Positions 57,037 through 59,544 of a DNA stretch of 59,544 nt are shown here, piece after piece; within the stretch, counting starts at the first letter, position 1, and every line of letters starts with the position of its first letter. Where the stretch lies: positions 1 to 59,544 of the forward strand of contig JBGPGO010000019.1 of the NCBI GenBank assembly GCA_041483895.1. Reading direction: 5' to 3'. The stretch comes from Fimbriimonadia bacterium (GTDB taxonomy: Bacteria > Armatimonadota > Fimbriimonadia > Fimbriimonadales > JABRVX01). The translations under genes and the position numbers were made by a program. The notes below the pieces were generated by a model, which saw nothing but the letters and a program-made list of their open reading frames with translations, searched no databases and was not told where the DNA came from.

Positions 57037-58434
57037 ATGGAAACACGAATTGAAAAAGACAGCCTCGGCGAAGTAAAAGTCCCCGGGAACGCATATTGGG
57101 GGGCCCAAACCCAGAGGGCCGTTGAGAACTTCCCCATCAGCGGCCTGATGGCCCATCCCAAGATGATCGACGCCTTTGTCATGGTAAAGAAGGCCGCCGC
57201 CGTGGCCCACAAGCAGCTTGGGCTATTGGGTGCCGAACCTGCCGACGCTATCGTGCAGGCATCCAACGAGGTGCTGCGCGGCGAGATGCGGGACCAGTTC
57301 GTGGTGGATGTGTATCAGGCCGGGGCGGGCACCAGTTTCAACATGAACGTGAACGAGGTGCTGGCCAATCGCGCGAACGAGATTCTGGGCGGCGAAAAGG
57401 GCGCGTACAAGCCGGTCAACCCCAACGATCACGTCAACATGGGGCAGAGCACCAACGACAGTTTCCCGACCGCCATGCGAATTTCCACCCGCGTGCTGAT
57501 GAGCGAGATGATGCCGGTGCTGGACGCGCTGGAGATGGCGCTGAAGGAGAAGGCCAAGGAATTCGATCATGTTCTCAAATCGGGCCGCACGCATCTGCAG
57601 GACGCGGTGCCGATCCGATTGGGGCAAGAGTTCGCCGGGTATGCAGCGACGATTTACAAGTGCAAGCGTTTGCTCTCGCAGGCGGCGACCGAGTTGGAGG
57701 AACTGGGCATCGGCGGCAGCGCGACGGGGACCGGCCTGAATGTGCATCCCAAGTATCGCTATATCGTTTGCGATCTATATCGCGAGTGGACAGGGCTGCC
57801 GTTCCGGCCGGCGGAAGATATGCGCGAGGCGATGCAGAGCAACCTGCCGATGGGGGCGTTTGGCGGTGCGTTGCGAAATCTGGCGTTAGAGCTGACGCGC
57901 ATAGCCAACGATTTGCGGCTGCTGTGCTCCGGCCCACTTACAGGGTTTGCCGAGATTACTCTGCCGGCGGTGCAGCCGGGGTCTTCCATCATGCCCGGAA
58001 AAGTGAATCCGAGCATCGCGGAAAATCTGAATCAGATCTGCTTCCAGGTGCTGGGGCTTTGCACGACGATTGATTACTGCGTGCAGGCGGGGCAGTTGGA
58101 GCTGAACGTGATGATGCCGGTGATGGCCTGGAACGCACAGTTCGGGCTGACGATTTTGACCAACGGCGTGCGAGTCTTCACGGAGCTTTGCGTGCGGGGG
58201 ATCACGGCGGATGAGGAACGGTGCAAGCACTACGCTGAGACCTCCCCCTCCCTCGCTACAGCGCTGAATCCCACCATCGGCTACCAGGCCGCGGCGGAGG
58301 TGGTGAAACAGGCGCTGAAAGAGAAGAAAACCATCCCGGCAGTGGTGTTGGAGAAGGGGCTGCTTTCCGAAGAAGACTTGAAGAAGATCCTCGATCCGTG
58401 GAAAATGACCGAACCGGGGATACCTGGCTTGTAA
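57037..58434 (+). CDS. Aspartate ammonia-lyase / class II fumarase family
   Basis: RIEKDSLG, GAGTSFNMN, GRTHLQDAVP, GSSIMPGKVNP. Confidence 0.93.
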   Translation: METRIEKDSLGEVKVPGNAYWGAQTQRAVENFPISGLMAHPKMIDAFVMVKKAAAVAHKQLGLLGAEPADAIVQASNEVLRGEMRDQFVVDVYQAGAGTSFNMNVNEVLANRANEILGGEKGAYKPVNPNDHVNMGQSTNDSFPTAMRISTRVLMSEMMPVLDALEMALKEKAKEFDHVLKSGRTHLQDAVPIRLGQEFAGYAATIYKCKRLLSQAATELEELGIGGSATGTGLNVHPKYRYIVCDLYREWTGLPFRPAEDMREAMQSNLPMGAFGGALRNLALELTRIANDLRLLCSGPLTGFAEITLPAVQPGSSIMPGKVNPSIAENLNQICFQVLGLCTTIDYCVQAGQLELNVMMPVMAWNAQFGLTILTNGVRVFTELCVRGITADEERCKHYAETSPSLATALNPTIGYQAAAEVVKQALKEKKTIPAVVLEKGLLSEEDLKKILDPWKMTEPGIPGL

Positions 58435-58758
58435 CGCCGGCTTCCAGCCGACAACAGATTTTTTCAGATTTTGCATGCCTCGGCAGGTCCTACTGTCGAG
58501 GCTGGGTTCGGCGGTGGCGTAATCGCGGGGAATGGTGTAAGATGCACACATGGCCCGATACCGCCATTTCCGCAATGCTACTGAAGCGGGCCGGTTGGCA
58601 TTTGCTACGGAACCCTGTTGTCCGAACTGGTTGCCCTTCGAGCCTCAACAGGAGGACCAGTTGAGGCATGAAACTCAGCAAGAACGCCACGATAGGGTCC
58701 TTTGGGCGGGTGTACCACCTGTGAATCCTTAGGCTTGAAGAAATGGGAGAAATTTCCG

Positions 58759-59404
58759 ATGAACAAGATTCTTGTGATGATTGGAATGTTGGGAGTGACA
58801 AAAATGGCGTTCTCAAGTTTTAATGCAAGGCTCTACTTCGAGAACCTCACTAGAGGTACCAGCAATGCCGGTTCGCTACTCACTGCGCCGGGGGATCAGT
58901 TGGCGATCCATTTCCATTTCGCTGGATCGGGAAGCGCTCCCAACAAATGGGGGATCATACAGATGGTGCTATGCGACAGCCCGGTCTTAGCTGCGGCCGA
59001 CGCAGACACTTGGGCGACTCAGTTCAGCTCAGTGGTACCACCTGCGTCAGATTTCTTACATACACAGTTCATTGGGGACTCAAATCTGTACGATCACGCC
59101 AATGATGCCACCGATAACACTACGCCTTTCGTTTGCCACGGCAGTTACGGCAATTTTGGGGTGAATTCTCAAAAGAGCCGCGCGATGAATTGGGATGTCG
59201 TTCTATTTCAGTTCACTGCGGCTGGCAGTCCGGGTGACGTCTTGGACTGGTACTTTGATGGTCGGGATACGGTAATCGGTCTTGCCACCTTACTAATTAC
59301 CAACACCAGCCTGCGGGTTGACTACACTGACAACCATGTCCTGATCGTCCCGGAAGGCGGAGGAGGGAGCATGTTTGGATTTGGCGCGATGGCGAGCATG
59401 GCGG
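58759..59404 (+). pseudogene. Exported PEP-CTERM-like protein, C-terminus interrupted by an IS (frame reads through to 59529)
   Basis: Signal peptide; ends ...IVPEGGGGSMFGFGAMASMA, then IS sequence replaces the expected basic tail. Confidence 0.6.
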
Positions 59405-59544
59405 TGGAGTGCCCCCGGAAATTTGAACCAATCTTTAGATTAGACTCTTTCCCTGAACAAGAAGGAAGGAGACTGGAAATTGAAGCAGAGCAGGTTCACA
59501 GAAGAGCAGATCGTCCGGATTCTCTCTGAGGGGGAGCGCGGAGA
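59405..59544 (+). mobile_element. Left end of an IS3-family element with the start of OrfA at TTG 59480
   Basis: 5'-TG end (TGGAGTGCCCCCGGAA); AGGAG RBS; OrfA MKQSRFTEEQIVRILSEGERG. Confidence 0.88.

Overview
Chromosomal window from a high-GC diderm bacterium. SLH+beta-barrel OmpM-type porins, a single LptF/G, DUF3084, PEP-CTERM and dockerin-tailed exported proteins suggest Armatimonadota; this is an inference. Layout: (1) 1-7.8 kb holds a tandemly duplicated two-gene exported module, a beta-helix+dockerin-like protein followed by a Cys-rich Ig-repeat protein, in A-B-A-B order with conserved promoters. (2) 10-28 kb is a core block: rpoZ with a long acidic tail, dnaJ, prmA, rsmE, tRNA-Gly, rlmN, a fused lptC/lptA-like gene, lptB, lptF/G, DUF3084, yqgF, three OmpM-like paralogs and metK. 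(3) aroF, hisC and an AbrB-led TolC/MFP/RND operon follow. (4) A patchy accessory region at 36.8-47.2 kb carries a SAM methyltransferase, an FGE-family protein, a truncated DNA methylase, kbl, an ECF sigma/anti-sigma pair, a HEPN-motif protein and a PEP-CTERM gene. The ECF pair is bracketed by ~61-bp hairpin elements with fixed-length variable loops and covarying stems. (5) The last part holds a cyclophilin, a metB-like gene, a site-2 protease, LPS genes, plsC, glpX, an aspA/fumC-family gene, and a PEP-CTERM-like gene cut by an IS3-family element at the window edge. Many first-in-operon genes look leaderless (TANNNT 5-8 nt before the start codon). All calls come from reading the sequence by eye; no database searches were run.
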